From Elusimicrobiota bacterium (GTDB lineage: Bacteria; Elusimicrobiota; Elusimicrobia; UBA1565; UBA9628), in NCBI GenBank assembly GCA_023213235.1, contig CP096137.1, positions 2,216,908-2,280,907 of the forward strand: DNA of 64,000 nt, written 5' to 3'. The notes under the pieces are model-generated. The model was not told the origin of the DNA. It made no database searches and saw nothing but the letters and a program-made list of their open reading frames with translations. Position numbers and translations under genes: made by a program. Every line of letters starts with the position of its first letter. The stretch's first letter is position 1. Below, piece by piece: positions 19,050 to 29,632 of the stretch.

Positions 19050-20471
19050 ATGGCGATCACGGTCGACGTTCTCATCATCGGCGGCGGGCCCGGCGGCTAC
19101 GTGGCCGCGATCAAGGCGGGGCAGCTCGGGAAAAAGGCGCTTCTCGTGGATCGCGACAAGCTCGGCGGCGAGTGCCTGAACTACGGTTGCATCCCGTCGA
19201 AGGCGCTGATCGCCGCCGCGGGCCACGCCTACAAGTCGAAGAAGGCCAAGGAGGCCGGCTTCGACGATCCCAAGCACAACCTCGACTGGACGAAGGTCGT
19301 CGCCTGGAAGGACCAGATGATCGGCGGCTTCGTGAAGAACATCGGCACGCTCGTGAAGGGGAACAAGGGCGAGCACATCCAGGGCTCGGCGCAGTTCACG
19401 TCGCGGCACACGGCGCTCGTCACGAAGGCGGACGGGACGTCGGAGTCCGTCGAGTTCAAGCACGCGATCATCGCGACCGGCTCGGAGATCGTCTCCCTGC
19501 CCGGCTTCGCGATCGACGGCAAGGATATTCTCGGATCGAAGGAAGCGCTCGATGAAAAGAAGCCTCCGGAGGGCCTCGTCGTCGTCGGCGGCGGCGTCAT
19601 CGGCCTCGAGATCGGCACGTTTTTCGCGAAGCTCGGCACGAAGGTCACCGTCGTCGAGTTCACCGACTCGCTGCTGCCCGTCATCGAGAAGGACATGGTC
19701 GCCCCGGTCAACCGCAGCCTCTCGAAGCTGGGCGTCGACGTGATGCTCCAGTCGAAGGCCAAGTCGTGGTCGAAGAAGGGCAAGCGCCTCGAGGTCGTCG
19801 TCGAGACCGCCGAAGGCGACAAGAAGGTCGTCTGCGACAAGATCCTGATGGCCGTCGGCCGCAAGCCGCGCTCCTCTGGCCTCGGCCTCGAGAAGATCGG
19901 CGTCGAGCTCGACAAGCGCGGGCACGTCGTCGTCGACACCGAGATGCTGTCCTCGGTCGACAACATCTACGCGATCGGCGACGTGGTCGGCCAGCCGTAC
20001 CTGGCCCACAAGGCCAGCCGCGAGGGCATCCTCGCCGCGCAGTCGATCTCCGGCGAGGCGCTCGAGGCGCGCGGCCAGGTGCCGTGGGCGGTGTTCACCG
20101 ATCCCGAGATTTCCTGGGTCGGACTGACGGACTCGGAGGCCAAGGCGGCCGGCTACGCGACGGTCGTGGGCAAGTTCCCGTTCGCCGCGTCGGGCCGCGC
20201 GATGGCCGTGCGCGAGACGGAAGGGTTCTGCAAGGTCGTCGCCGACAAGAAGACGCACAAAATCCTGGGCGCCGGGTTCGTCGGGACCAACGCCTCCGAC
20301 CTGATCGGCGAGGCGTGCCTCGCGGTCTCCGTCGGCGTGACGCTCGAGCAGGTCGCGCAGACGATCCACCCGCACCCGACGCTCACGGAGACGTTCGCCG
20401 AGGCGTGCGAGGTCGCGCTCGGCCACCCGGTGCACATGCTCCAGATAAAAAGAGAAGCCCCTGTTTTTTGA
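19050..20471 (+). CDS. lpdA: dihydrolipoyl dehydrogenase (E3)
   Basis: 473 aa with GGGPGGYVAAIKAGQLG, the redox-active GGECLNYGCIPSK, and C-terminal HPHPTLTE. Confidence 0.9.
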   Translation: MAITVDVLIIGGGPGGYVAAIKAGQLGKKALLVDRDKLGGECLNYGCIPSKALIAAAGHAYKSKKAKEAGFDDPKHNLDWTKVVAWKDQMIGGFVKNIGTLVKGNKGEHIQGSAQFTSRHTALVTKADGTSESVEFKHAIIATGSEIVSLPGFAIDGKDILGSKEALDEKKPPEGLVVVGGGVIGLEIGTFFAKLGTKVTVVEFTDSLLPVIEKDMVAPVNRSLSKLGVDVMLQSKAKSWSKKGKRLEVVVETAEGDKKVVCDKILMAVGRKPRSSGLGLEKIGVELDKRGHVVVDTEMLSSVDNIYAIGDVVGQPYLAHKASREGILAAQSISGEALEARGQVPWAVFTDPEISWVGLTDSEAKAAGYATVVGKFPFAASGRAMAVRETEGFCKVVADKKTHKILGAGFVGTNASDLIGEACLAVSVGVTLEQVAQTIHPHPTLTETFAEACEVALGHPVHMLQIKREAPVF

Positions 20472-20474
20472 TAC

Positions 20475-21101
20475 ATGCTCGTCCGTGACCTCGGTTTAAA
20501 GGAGTACGTCGAGGTCTGGAACCTCCAGCGCAAGCTCGTCTTCGAGCGTTCGGAGGGGAAGATCCCCGACACCGTGCTGCTCTGCCAGCACCCGCCTGTG
20601 TACACGATCGGCCGGTCGTCGAAGCAGCCCATCCCGGAAGCCCTTCCCCATCCCGTGCACAAGATCGAGCGCGGCGGGGACCTGACCTGGCACGGGCCGG
20701 GCCAACTCGTCGGCTACCCGATCCTGGACCTTCGCGGCCTCGGCCTCAAGCCGCGCTCGTATCTGGCGGCGCTCGAGGCCGTGCTGATCGAGGCGATCGC
20801 GCCGTTCGGCGTGAACGCGACGACGGTGAAGGGCTTCACGGGGCTGTGGGTCGGGAAGAAGAAGCTCGCGTCGATCGGCGTGGCCGTGAAGGGCGGGATC
20901 GCCTATCACGGCTTCGCGCTCAACGTGAACAACACGCTCGCGCCGTTCAAGCTGATCCACCCGTGCAAGCTGGAATCGGATACCATGACGACCATGTCCA
21001 AGGTCTTGGGAGCGAGCGTCGACGAGCACGCGCTGACCAAGGCCGTCGGCCAGGCCTTACTCCACTATTTCGCCCGGATGTCTCCTACGGAGGGAAAATG
21101 A
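20475..21101 (+). CDS. lipB: lipoyl(octanoyl) transferase
   Basis: 208 aa with QHPPVYTIG, RGGDLTWHGPGQLVGYPI and KLASIGV, the LipB pattern. Confidence 0.85.
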   Translation: MLVRDLGLKEYVEVWNLQRKLVFERSEGKIPDTVLLCQHPPVYTIGRSSKQPIPEALPHPVHKIERGGDLTWHGPGQLVGYPILDLRGLGLKPRSYLAALEAVLIEAIAPFGVNATTVKGFTGLWVGKKKLASIGVAVKGGIAYHGFALNVNNTLAPFKLIHPCKLESDTMTTMSKVLGASVDEHALTKAVGQALLHYFARMSPTEGK

Positions 21102-22281
21102 TCCGCCCGCTGCTTCTGCTGCCGCTCCTCGCCGCGTCCGCCCGCGCCGCCTTCGACGTGCCCGGCTTCGAGCTCGTGTACTCCTATCCCGTCGAGACGA
21201 CGCTCGAGGAGAAAGATCTGCGTCTGGCCCAAGACGTGTGGCCCAAGATGTTCGACGCGGCCAAGAAGACGATCGATATCGAGGAATTCTACGCGTCGCC
21301 GAAGGACGGCGAGCCGCTCGAGGCCTCGCTGAAGGCGCTCGAGCGCGCGGCCAAGCGCGGGGTCAAGATCCGCGTCCTGCTCGAGAAGAAGTTCGAGAAG
21401 AACTCGCTCGACGGGATCGCGCGGCTCAAGGCGATCCCGGGACTCGACCTGCGCATCCTCGACTGGTCCTCGGTCAACGGCGGCCAGGGCATCATCCACG
21501 CGAAGTTCTTCGTCGTCGACGGCAAGGAGGCGTACGTCGGCTCGCAGAACTTCGACTGGCGCGCGCTCAAGCACATCCACGAGACCGGCCTGCGCGTGAG
21601 CGACGCCAAGGTCGCCGGCGACGTGCAACGCACGTTCGACCACGACTGGGCCTACACGGAAGCGAATACCGACTACAAATTGGCCGAGGCCAAAGAGCCT
21701 TCGTTCGACCGGACACCGCGGGCCTACGTCGTGGCGAGCCCCTGGAGGAAGAATCCCGACGGCGTAGGGGATTCCGAAACGGAACTCGTTAAACTCATCG
21801 GGGAATCGACGGCGACGATTTCAATTCAACTTCTCGACTACAACCCCACGACGTACGGGCGCCCGAAGCGCTTTTACTCGCCGATCGACAACGCCCTGCG
21901 CGACGCGGCCGTGCGCGGCGTCAAGGTCCGCCTGCTCGTGTCGCATTGGAACACCGAGGAGGGAGCCGTCGATCACCTGAAGAGCCTGTCGCTCGTGCCC
22001 GGGATCGAGGTCCGCGTCGCGACGATCCCCGAGGCGAAGGAAGGGACGATCCCGTTCTCGCGCGTGATCCACTCGAAGTACATGACGGCCGACGGCAAGG
22101 TCGCCTGGGTCGGCACGAGCAACTGGGCGGGGGCTACCTGGACTCGTCGCGCAACCTCGAACTCGTCGTCAAGGACGAGAGGCTCGCCGCGCGCCTGGCC
22201 GCGATGCACGAGAGGCTGTGGACCTCGGAGTACGCGGCGCCTCTCGATCTCGCCAAGCATTACCCGAAGCCGCGCCGATGA
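21098..22281 (+). CDS. exported phospholipase D / cardiolipin-synthase-family protein (1-nt indel at 22129-22133)
   Basis: Signal peptide MIRPLLLLPLLAASARA. Two HKD motifs are present (HAKFFVVDGKEAYVGSQN and HSKYMTADGKVAWVGTSN). The tail continues in ORF 21946..22281. Restoring one base gives 395 codons. The ATG overlaps the lipB stop. Confidence 0.8.
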
Positions 22282-23464
22282 GGCGCTCGCTCGAGACGGC
22301 GGCGCTCGGCCTGAGCGGGCTCGGCCTGGGTCTCGCGGCGGCGGCCCCGTCGGCGGCCGGCGCGCGGCTCGAGCTGTCGACGGCCCACGCGGCCGTGCTC
22401 ATCGGGGCGGGGCTGTGGGCGCGCGCGCTGTCGTCGGCGTTCGCGGGCGCCCTCGTCGACCGCTTCGGCGGACGACGGGGCCTGGCCGTCGCGGCGGCGG
22501 GCGCGGGCGCGTGCGGGCTGGCCTTCGCGGCGCTCGCAAGCCGTGAGCGCGGCGCCTTCGCGGCGCTCGTCCTGCTCAACGCCGCCTCTGGGTACTTCGT
22601 CTCTTTCGCCGGTCCCTCCGCGGCGCGCCTCAACTCGGACGCGGCGGAGGCGGCGCGCGGGCGCCTGGCCGGGCTTTACGCGGCGCTCGCGTTCCCGGCG
22701 GCTCTGCTCGTCCTGGCCCCGGGCGGTCCCTGGCTCGAGTCCCACGCGGGCCGCTGGCTGGCCGCCCTGCCCGCGGCGGCGGCGGCGCTCGCCTTCGCCG
22801 CCTCGCGCTTCGCCCCGGCGGAGCCCGCCGCGAAGGAGGAGCGCGCGAGCTTGAAGGAGCTGCCCGCGACGGCGCGCGATCCCCGGGTTCTGGCGCTCGC
22901 GGGGCTCGAGGCCTGCGCCGGCGCCGCTCGCTGGGGCCTGCTCGCCTGGGCCGCTCCGTTCCTCGCCGAGGCGCACCACGTGCGTCCCGGCGACCCGGCC
23001 TACGGCACGGCGCTCGCCTCGGTCGCCGCCGGCGCCCTGGCGGGCCCCTGATCGCGGGAGCCGTGTCGGACAAGGCCTTCGGCGGGCGCCGCGCGCCCGC
23101 GGGGCTGGCCTTCTTCCTATTCCTCGCGGCGGCGCTCGCCGCGCTGGGCCGGACGCTCGACGCGGCGCACGCGATCGTCTGGCTCGGGCTGGCGGCGGGC
23201 GCGGCCTTCGGCCTGCACGCCCTGCTGTGCGGGGCCGCCGCCATGGACGCCGGCGGCGCGCGAGCGGCGGGCTCGGTCTCCGGCCTGCTCGACTCGGCGC
23301 ATCACGCCGCGGGTGGCCTGGCCGTCCTGCTCGTGGGCTCGCTCGTCGACCGCGGCGGATGGGGCGCCTGGACGAAGGGCCTCATCCCGTTCGCGCTGCT
23401 CGGCGCCGCGGCCTGCGCGGCGGCCGTCCGCCTCAGGGCTGAAGCTCGGAATCCTTCCCTTTGA
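22278..23464 (+). CDS. MFS transporter (1-nt indel at 23045-23048)
   Basis: ORF 22218..23051, read from the internal ATG at 22278, joins ORF 23063..23464 (..AGALAGPLIAGAVSDKAFGGRR..). About 12 hydrophobic segments. Restoring one base gives 396 codons. Confidence 0.7.
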
Positions 23465-24878
23465 CGAGCTGAGCCGACGGCGCCTGCCGCTTCTTCGGCG
23501 CCGCGTTCCAGATCTTCAGCGACAACGCGAAGCCGATCAGGGCGAACGGCACGAGGAAGACGGGCCACCAGAACCAGTTCTTCGGGTCCTTCGCCAGTTC
23601 GCCCGTCGGCGTGATCGCGCCGATGATGACCGACTGCAGGCCCGTGCCGAGATAAACCATCCCGTCGACGATGCCGACGGCCGCGCCCGCGTTCTTGGCG
23701 CCGCCGAAGTCCGTCGTCGAGGTGCCGGACAGGATGCCGTGCACGCCGATGACGGCCATCGACATCAGGATCACCGCCGCGCCGGCCCACCACAGGTTTT
23801 TGTCGAGCGTGAACGCCATGATCAAGGCGCACACGCCGAGCACGCCGTACAAGACGCCCGCCATCGGGGCGCGTCGGGACTGAAACAGCTTGTCCGACGC
23901 CCAGCCCGTCAGGATCGAGCCCGCGACGCCGGCGATGAACAAGGTCATGCCCCAGTTCTGCGAGACCCAGAACTGCTTGCTGAAGCCGACCTCGCGCGCG
24001 AACAGCGGGTACCAGTGCATGATGCCGTTGCGCAGGATGCCGGAGCAGAACTCGATGCCGCAGACGACCATGAGCACGGGGTGCGTGATGATCTTCGCGA
24101 AGACCTCCTTGATCGGCAGCCGCTTGCCGTCATGGGAGATCGCTTCTTCGCCGGTGTCGAAGTCCTTGAAGCCGGCCTGGCTCGGGGAGTCGCACAGGTA
24201 GACGTACATGACGACCCACGTGATCGCGAGCAGGATAGCGGGGGCGAAGAACAGCCACCAGTTCCCGTCGACGCCGGTGCCGCCGGGCAGGAGCTTGCTC
24301 GCGATCTTGGCCCAGACGCCGAACTTCTCCGGCTTGAGCGCCGCGCGCGTGGCCTCGACGATCGCGAAGCCCCAGTCGAAGGCGAACAGGATGCCGGACG
24401 CGATCATGATGCCGAACATCGTCGAGAACGTGCCGCGCTCGCGCACGTGGAACCAGGGCGCCTTGACGGTCACGATCGCGACCGCGCCGTAGCTCTGAAA
24501 GTGCATGTTGGCCGCGTAGAGCAAGGTGAACATGGCGACCAGGTTGAAGCTCCAGCCCCAATTCGTCGAACCGTACAGCGCCAGGCCCATGACGGCGTTG
24601 ACGAGCAGCGAGCCCAACGTGCCGATCAGCATCGCGGAGCGGCCGCCGACCTTGTCCGTGAGGGGGCCCGTCACCAGGAAGGAGACGCCGTACACCCAGG
24701 CGCCGACCGCGAAGATCGTGCCGAACTGCGCCTTGGTCATCAGCGCGTCGCCGAAGGCGGACTTGGCGACCGTGAGGTTGTAGCGGCCCATGTAAAGGAA
24801 AGCGTAAGCCAGGCCCATCGGAAACCAGTTGAGGAGGCGGCGGAAACGGTAATCGGCGGAGTGTCGCGGGAGTTCCAT
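23433..24878 (-). CDS. MFS transporter (organophosphate:Pi antiporter-like)
   Basis: ORF 23433..24893. The preferred start is ATG 24878 (MELPRHSADYRFRRLLNWFPMGLAYAFLYMGRYNL), 6 nt downstream of a TATGAT box. The protein has 12-TM MFS-like organisation. Confidence 0.75.
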   Translation of the reverse strand: MELPRHSADYRFRRLLNWFPMGLAYAFLYMGRYNLTVAKSAFGDALMTKAQFGTIFAVGAWVYGVSFLVTGPLTDKVGGRSAMLIGTLGSLLVNAVMGLALYGSTNWGWSFNLVAMFTLLYAANMHFQSYGAVAIVTVKAPWFHVRERGTFSTMFGIMIASGILFAFDWGFAIVEATRAALKPEKFGVWAKIASKLLPGGTGVDGNWWLFFAPAILLAITWVVMYVYLCDSPSQAGFKDFDTGEEAISHDGKRLPIKEVFAKIITHPVLMVVCGIEFCSGILRNGIMHWYPLFAREVGFSKQFWVSQNWGMTLFIAGVAGSILTGWASDKLFQSRRAPMAGVLYGVLGVCALIMAFTLDKNLWWAGAAVILMSMAVIGVHGILSGTSTTDFGGAKNAGAAVGIVDGMVYLGTGLQSVIIGAITPTGELAKDPKNWFWWPVFLVPFALIGFALSLKIWNAAPKKRQAPSAQLVKGKDSELQP

Positions 24879-24884
24879 GAGGAA

Positions 24885-24894
24885 ATCATACAAT
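24885..24894. promoter_or_regulatory. overlapping divergent -10 boxes (MFS gene / HAD-like gene)
   Basis: On the minus strand, TATGAT (24885-24890) lies 6 nt from ATG 24878. On the plus strand, TACAAT (24889-24894) lies 6 nt from ATG 24901. Confidence 0.5.
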
Positions 24895-24900
24895 AGTCAT

Positions 24901-25619
24901 ATGACGAAACCGGAGACGCGCCAAAAGAACTGCTCGACGCCCTGCTCGAGGACGTGGCCGCCGTCCCGGGCGCGATCGTCGTCTTCGACCTCGACGACAC
25001 CTTGTTCTCGACCGCCGACCGGCACCTGCGCATCCTCGCGGAGTACGCGGCCCTCGTCGAGTCGAAGGACGCGCGCGCGGCCGGCCTGCTGCGCTCGATC
25101 CAGCGCGAGAAGCTGCGCTACTCGATCCTCGACACCGCGAAGGACCACGGCCTCGAGGAGAAGCTGGCGAAGGACCTCAAGGACTTCTGGTTCGCGCGCT
25201 TCTTCAAGAACCCCTACCTGCTCGAGGACTCGATCGTCCCCGGCGGCCCGGAGTACGCGGAGGAAGTGATCCGGCGCGGCGGGCGCCCGTTCTACATGAC
25301 CGGCCGCGACGAGGGGATGCGGGAGGGGACCGAGGCGTCTCTGCTGCGGCACAAGTTCCCGGATCCGGACGGGAAAAAGGCGACGCTCGTGCTCAAGCCG
25401 CGCTTCGACACGCCCGACTTTTCTTTCAAGAACGAAGCATTGGGCAAGATGCGTGAGATCGGGACCGTCGCCGGGTCCTTCGAGAACGAGCCCGCCCACG
25501 TGAACATGTTCATCGAGCACTTCCCGAAGGGCAAGCACTTCCTGCTCGAGACCAAGCACTCCGGCCGGCCCGTGGCACTCCACCCGGGTTGCCTGAAGAT
25601 CAAGGACTTCCGGCGCTGA
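24901..25619 (+). CDS. HAD-superfamily hydrolase-like protein (1-nt indel at 24923-24926)
   Basis: ATG 24901 (MTKPETRQK) joins ORF 24954..25619 once one A is restored. The DxDxT motif is VVFDLDDTLF. Restoring one base gives 240 codons. The subfamily was not recognised. Confidence 0.6.
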
Positions 25620-25622
25620 GTT

Positions 25623-26784
25623 CTACTTCGCGGGAAGGCGCTCGGAGAGGAACCGCAGGGCGTTGCCGCCCATCACGAGCTTGATGTCGGCGGCCGAGAG
25701 GCCCTCTTTCATCAATGCCTCGGTGATCAGCGGGAACCCCGCCGCGTCGAAGGGCTGGCCGACGGCCCCGTCGAAGTCCGAACCCAGGGCGACGTGCCGG
25801 ACGCCCATGACTTTCACCGCGTGGGCGATCGCGCGCGCGACGGCCGCGGCGTCCTTGCCGCAGGTGGCGACCTTCCAGAAGCCGATGCCGATGAGGCCGC
25901 CCTTGGCCGCGACTCGCTTGAGCTGTTCATCACTCAAATTGCGCTCGTTGGGGCAGGTCGCGTAGACGCCGGTGTGCGAGAAGACGGGGGATTCTTGGAC
26001 GTCGCGAGGACCTCGTCGACCGTCTTCTGAGACGCGTGCGCGAGGTCGACGATGATCGATTTGTCCTCGAGGCGCGCGAGCACCTTGCGGCCGAGCTCCG
26101 TCAGGCCGCCCTTCTCGGTGCCGTGCGCCGAACCCGCGACGTCATTGTCGACGAAGTGGGTGAGGCCGGCCATGCGCACGCCGAGCTCATAGAGGGCGTC
26201 GACATTCTCGATCTTCCCATCGAGCGCCTGCGCGCCCTCGATGGACAGCAGGGCCCCGACGGCCCCGTCCTTGCGGCCGGCGAGGAAGGCCGCCAGGTCG
26301 GCCTTGCTGCGGATCGGCACGAGGCCGCCCTCGGAGCGCTTCACCGCGTCGGCCAGGAGGCCCGCCTCGTGGCGCACGCGCGCCAGGCGGCTCGTGCTCG
26401 TCACCGCGGGCCAACCGGAGGCCTTCGCGAGCCAACCGATCATGTCGGCCTTCTTCGCGGAGTTGCTCCTGATGTTGATGCCCTTCGGCGCGTGCGTCAC
26501 GCAGGAGAAGACCTGAAGGACGGAGCCGCCGTCCTTGAGGCGAGGCAGGTCGACGTGGCCGAGAGAGTTGCGCTTGACGAGGTCGCGGCTCCAGAGCAGC
26601 GGGTCGGCGTGGAGGTCGACGACGCCGAGCGAGTCGTGAAGCGCTTTCGCCTCGGGGAGACCGTGTACGGCGGCTTCCGGCGCGTCTTGTTGGCCAGCCG
26701 GCTCGCGGAGGAGACCAGGAGTCCCTTCTCGGCGGAAGCGGGGGCGGCCGCGAGCAAGGCCGCGGCCAGGAGCGCCGTCCTCAT
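25623..26784 (-). CDS. exported membrane dipeptidase (peptidase M19); 2 indels at 26654-26657 and 25986-25990
   Basis: Signal peptide MRTALLAAALLAAAPASA. Then LHDSLGVVDLHADPLLW, LSIEGAQAL, VRMAGLTHFVDND, IVDLAHAS, VFSHTGV and VALGSDFDG, spread across three ORF-track pieces. Restoring two bases gives 388 codons. Confidence 0.8.
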
Positions 26785-26999
26785 TTACCGAGCAGGTCGG
26801 CGAAGAACTTCTTGCGGTCGGGGACCGCGTGGTAGGCCGCGACCTTGTCCAAGGTGGCGATCATCGTGATGTAGGTGCCCGCGTCGAAGTAGACGCCGTG
26901 CTTGTGCAGGACGCTGAGGACCCGCGCCTGATCCTTCTTCAACAGGTCGAGCAGGACGGGCTGCTTCTTCTTGGCGAGGCCGTGCTTGCGGGCGGGCAT
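26781..26999 (-). CDS. 72-aa basic protein of unknown function
   Basis: MPARKHGLAKKKQPVLLDLLKKDQARVLSVLHKHGVYFDAGTYITMIATLDKVAAYHAVPDRKKFFADLLGK. AAGGA lies upstream and the stop overlaps the dipeptidase ATG. In the ORF track it appears as the tail of a chimeric 434-aa ORF. Confidence 0.5.
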   Translation of the reverse strand: MPARKHGLAKKKQPVLLDLLKKDQARVLSVLHKHGVYFDAGTYITMIATLDKVAAYHAVPDRKKFFADLLGK

Positions 27000-27013
27000 G
27001 GTCGGGGGTCCTT

Positions 27014-28085
27014 TTACTTGGGAGTCACGCGCAGGAGCTCGAAGGGCCCCTTCGGGAAGTTCATCGCGAGCTTGATCGCGACGTCGACGTCGGAGGCGCC
27101 GGCGGTGCCCTCGGAGACGAGCCTGTCGGCCTCGTTGCAGATCGCGCCGATCAGCGCGCCCCAGGCCTCGGCGGGGCTGCGCTTGCCGTCCTGGGGCAAG
27201 GCGGCGAGCGCGGCGGGATTCTCCCCGGTCTTCTTTCCGTCGGCGTAGAGATAGAAGCCCTTGCCGGCCTTGCGGCCCGTCGCCCCGGCGTCGACGAGCG
27301 CCTGCTGGAGCGCCGGGGGCGAAGCGCTCGGGCTTGCCGAGCGCGGTCCAGATCGCCTTCGTGATCGCGAGGTTCGTGTCGAGGCCGATCAAGTCCATGA
27401 GCTCGAACGGGCCCATCGGCACCCCGCCGAGCGTCCGGCAGCCGTCGTCGACGACGGAGAACGGCGTCTCCCGGGACGCGAGGCGCTGGGACGAGACGTA
27501 GTACGGCCGCATGACGCGGTTGACGATGAAGCCGGGCACGTCCTTGACGTCGACGGGCGTGCGGCGCAGGCCCGTCAGCAGGAAGTCCCAGGCGGCGCGG
27601 AACGCGTCGGGCGAGGTCGCGTCGGTGCGGATCATCTCGACGAGCTTCATCGCGACGGGCGGGTTGAAGAAGTGCACGCCGAGCGTGCGCCCCTGGTCGC
27701 GCACGCGGGCCATGATGTCCTTGACCGAGAGCGAGGAGGTGTTCGTGGCGAGCAGCGCGTCGGGGCACGCCTCGGAGAGCCGCGCGAACAGGTCCTGCTT
27801 GAGAGCGAGATCCTCGGGCGCGGCCTCGACGACGAGGTCGGCGCCGGCGAGGTCCTCGAGCGCCGGGACGCCGGAGACGGAGTGGAACGCGCGCTCGGCC
27901 TGCTGGGTCGAGAGCTTGCCCTTGAGCACGGCGGCGTCGAAGGACTTCTTGAGCCGCGCCGGCAGGGCGGCGAGCGCGGCGGGCAGCGGATCGTGGACCT
28001 TCACGGAGAAGCCGGACTGGGCGCACAGCTGCGCGATGCCCGCGCCCATCGTGCCCGCGCCCACGACCGCGACGCGATGGATCAC
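27014..28085 (-). CDS. 3-hydroxyacyl-CoA (3-hydroxybutyryl-CoA) dehydrogenase; 1-nt extra base at 27315-27319
   Basis: VAVVGAGTMGAGIAQ, LATNTSSLS, GVHFFNPP and PGFIVNR. After the indel the frame reads ALQQALVDAGATGRKAGKGFYLY...NFPKGPFELL (tail is ORF 27014..27199). Removing one base gives 357 codons. Confidence 0.8.
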
Positions 28086-29595
28086 GGCTGGCGCACCGCG
28101 GGCGCGAGCTTCACGCGCGACATCAGCCCCGCCAGAGCCATCTCGCCGCGGGACTCGTGCCTGCCGGTCTTGAGGTTGCGCAAGGTGCGCAGGAAGCGGG
28201 ACGGGCGGAACAGGTAGTTCGAGCCGTAGAACAGCGCGAAGCCGAGGAAATTGTAGAACTGCAGCGCGCGGGCGGACATGAAGTCGGTGTAGGACACGGT
28301 CTCGGTGATGTCCACGTAGGCCAGCTTGTCGAAGTAGTCGTCGGAGTGGGTGATCTTCTTCTCGAGCACCAGGCGCTCGTAGAGCGCGGAGCCAGGGTAG
28401 GGGAGAACACGCCGACCGAGACGTCGTGGGCGCCGTTCCAGCTCATGCGCACGAGGAAGGCCATCGTCTTGAGCGTGTCCCAGTGCGTGTCGTCGGGCAT
28501 GCCGAGAATGATGTTGATCTTGACGTTGAGGCCCTCTTTGACGGCCGCGCGCAGGGACTCGGTGAGCTTGTCGAGGCTCACGTGCTTCTTCATGCGCTTG
28601 AGGGAGTCCTCGGAGCCGCTCTCCGGGGCGTAGTTCATGTTGCGGCAGCCGGAGGCGTAGAGCCACTTCGACACCTCGCCGTCGATCGCCTCGGAGCGGG
28701 TGCCGGAGGGAAGCTGCCAGGTGATGTTCAGCTTGCGCGCGACGAGCCCCTTGGCGAACTCGAGAATCCAGTCGCGCTTGACGATCGCCGTCAGGTCGTA
28801 GAAGTCGACGTTGTCGATATCCCAGCGCTTCTTGTAGTCCTCGATCTCGTCGAGGACTTCCTTGGGATCGCGCGCGATCCAGCGCGTCGTCCACATCGCG
28901 GGATTGGAGCAGAAGGTGCAGGAATAGGGACAGCCGCGCGAGGCGAGCATCGGCATGCTCTTGCCGCGGTTGACGCCGTAGGAGAGGGAGTTCTCCCAAT
29001 ACGCCTGGAGCGGGATCAGGTCCCACGCCGGGCGCGGGATCGTGTCGACGGCGCGGATGCGCGGGCGCGAGCCGGTGCGCATGTAGCCGGAGCCGTCGCG
29101 CAGGGCCAGTCCCTTCACGAGCTTGAGGTCGGAGCCCTTCTCGAGCGCGGCCGCGAGCTCGACGATCGTTTCCTCGCCCTCGCCGAGCACGCACATGTCG
29201 AGGCCCGGGCACTGCGCCATGCTGACGTCGGGCGCCGCCGTGAAGTGCTCGCCGCCGGCGGCGAGCGGGACGTCGGGCAGGGCTTCGGCGATCTTGTTGA
29301 CGAGCGTCCGGATGTGGTTCCACTCCGAGGAGAACATGCCGGAGACGCCGATGAGGCCCGCGTCGCGGGGGATGCGCGCGACGATCTCGTCGAAGGTCAT
29401 GCCGCGCAGGACGAGGTTGTGCGCGATCGGCACCGACTGCAGGGGCCGCTCGCCGATGCCGTCGACGATGTCGACGACGTGCCCCGCTTCCCTCAGAGCG
29501 GCCGCGATGTAGGCGAGGCCGATCGGGGGCGTGAGGGAGGCGATGTAGGAGACCGGGTTGACGATCGACGGGGGCCTCACGAGGCAGATTTTCAT
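28082..29595 (-). CDS. B12-binding-domain radical SAM protein (1-nt indel at 28400-28403)
   Basis: The N-terminal part is cobalamin-binding-like (MKICLVRPP...PPIGLAYIAAALREAGHVV). The radical-SAM cluster is ASRGCPYSCTFC. The tail continues in ORF 28082..29323 (YPGSALYERL...). Restoring one base gives 505 codons. Confidence 0.75.
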
Positions 29596-29632
29596 GGCTT
29601 CCCTATAAGGGTAGCTGTGAAGGTGGGCACTT

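Noticed and set aside
23433-23464. The 32-bp overlap of the two convergent MFS genes, and the 44-bp maf/kinase overlap at 7721-7764, as antisense regulatory features.
   Set aside because: Short convergent 3' overlaps are common in compact GC-rich genomes. No additional structure was seen there.
26781-28085. The 434-aa ORF as a single protein.
   Set aside because: The middle of the translation is Arg-rich nonsense. Removing one base at 27315-27319 restores the dehydrogenase C-terminal domain, which ends at 27014. A separate 72-aa gene remains.
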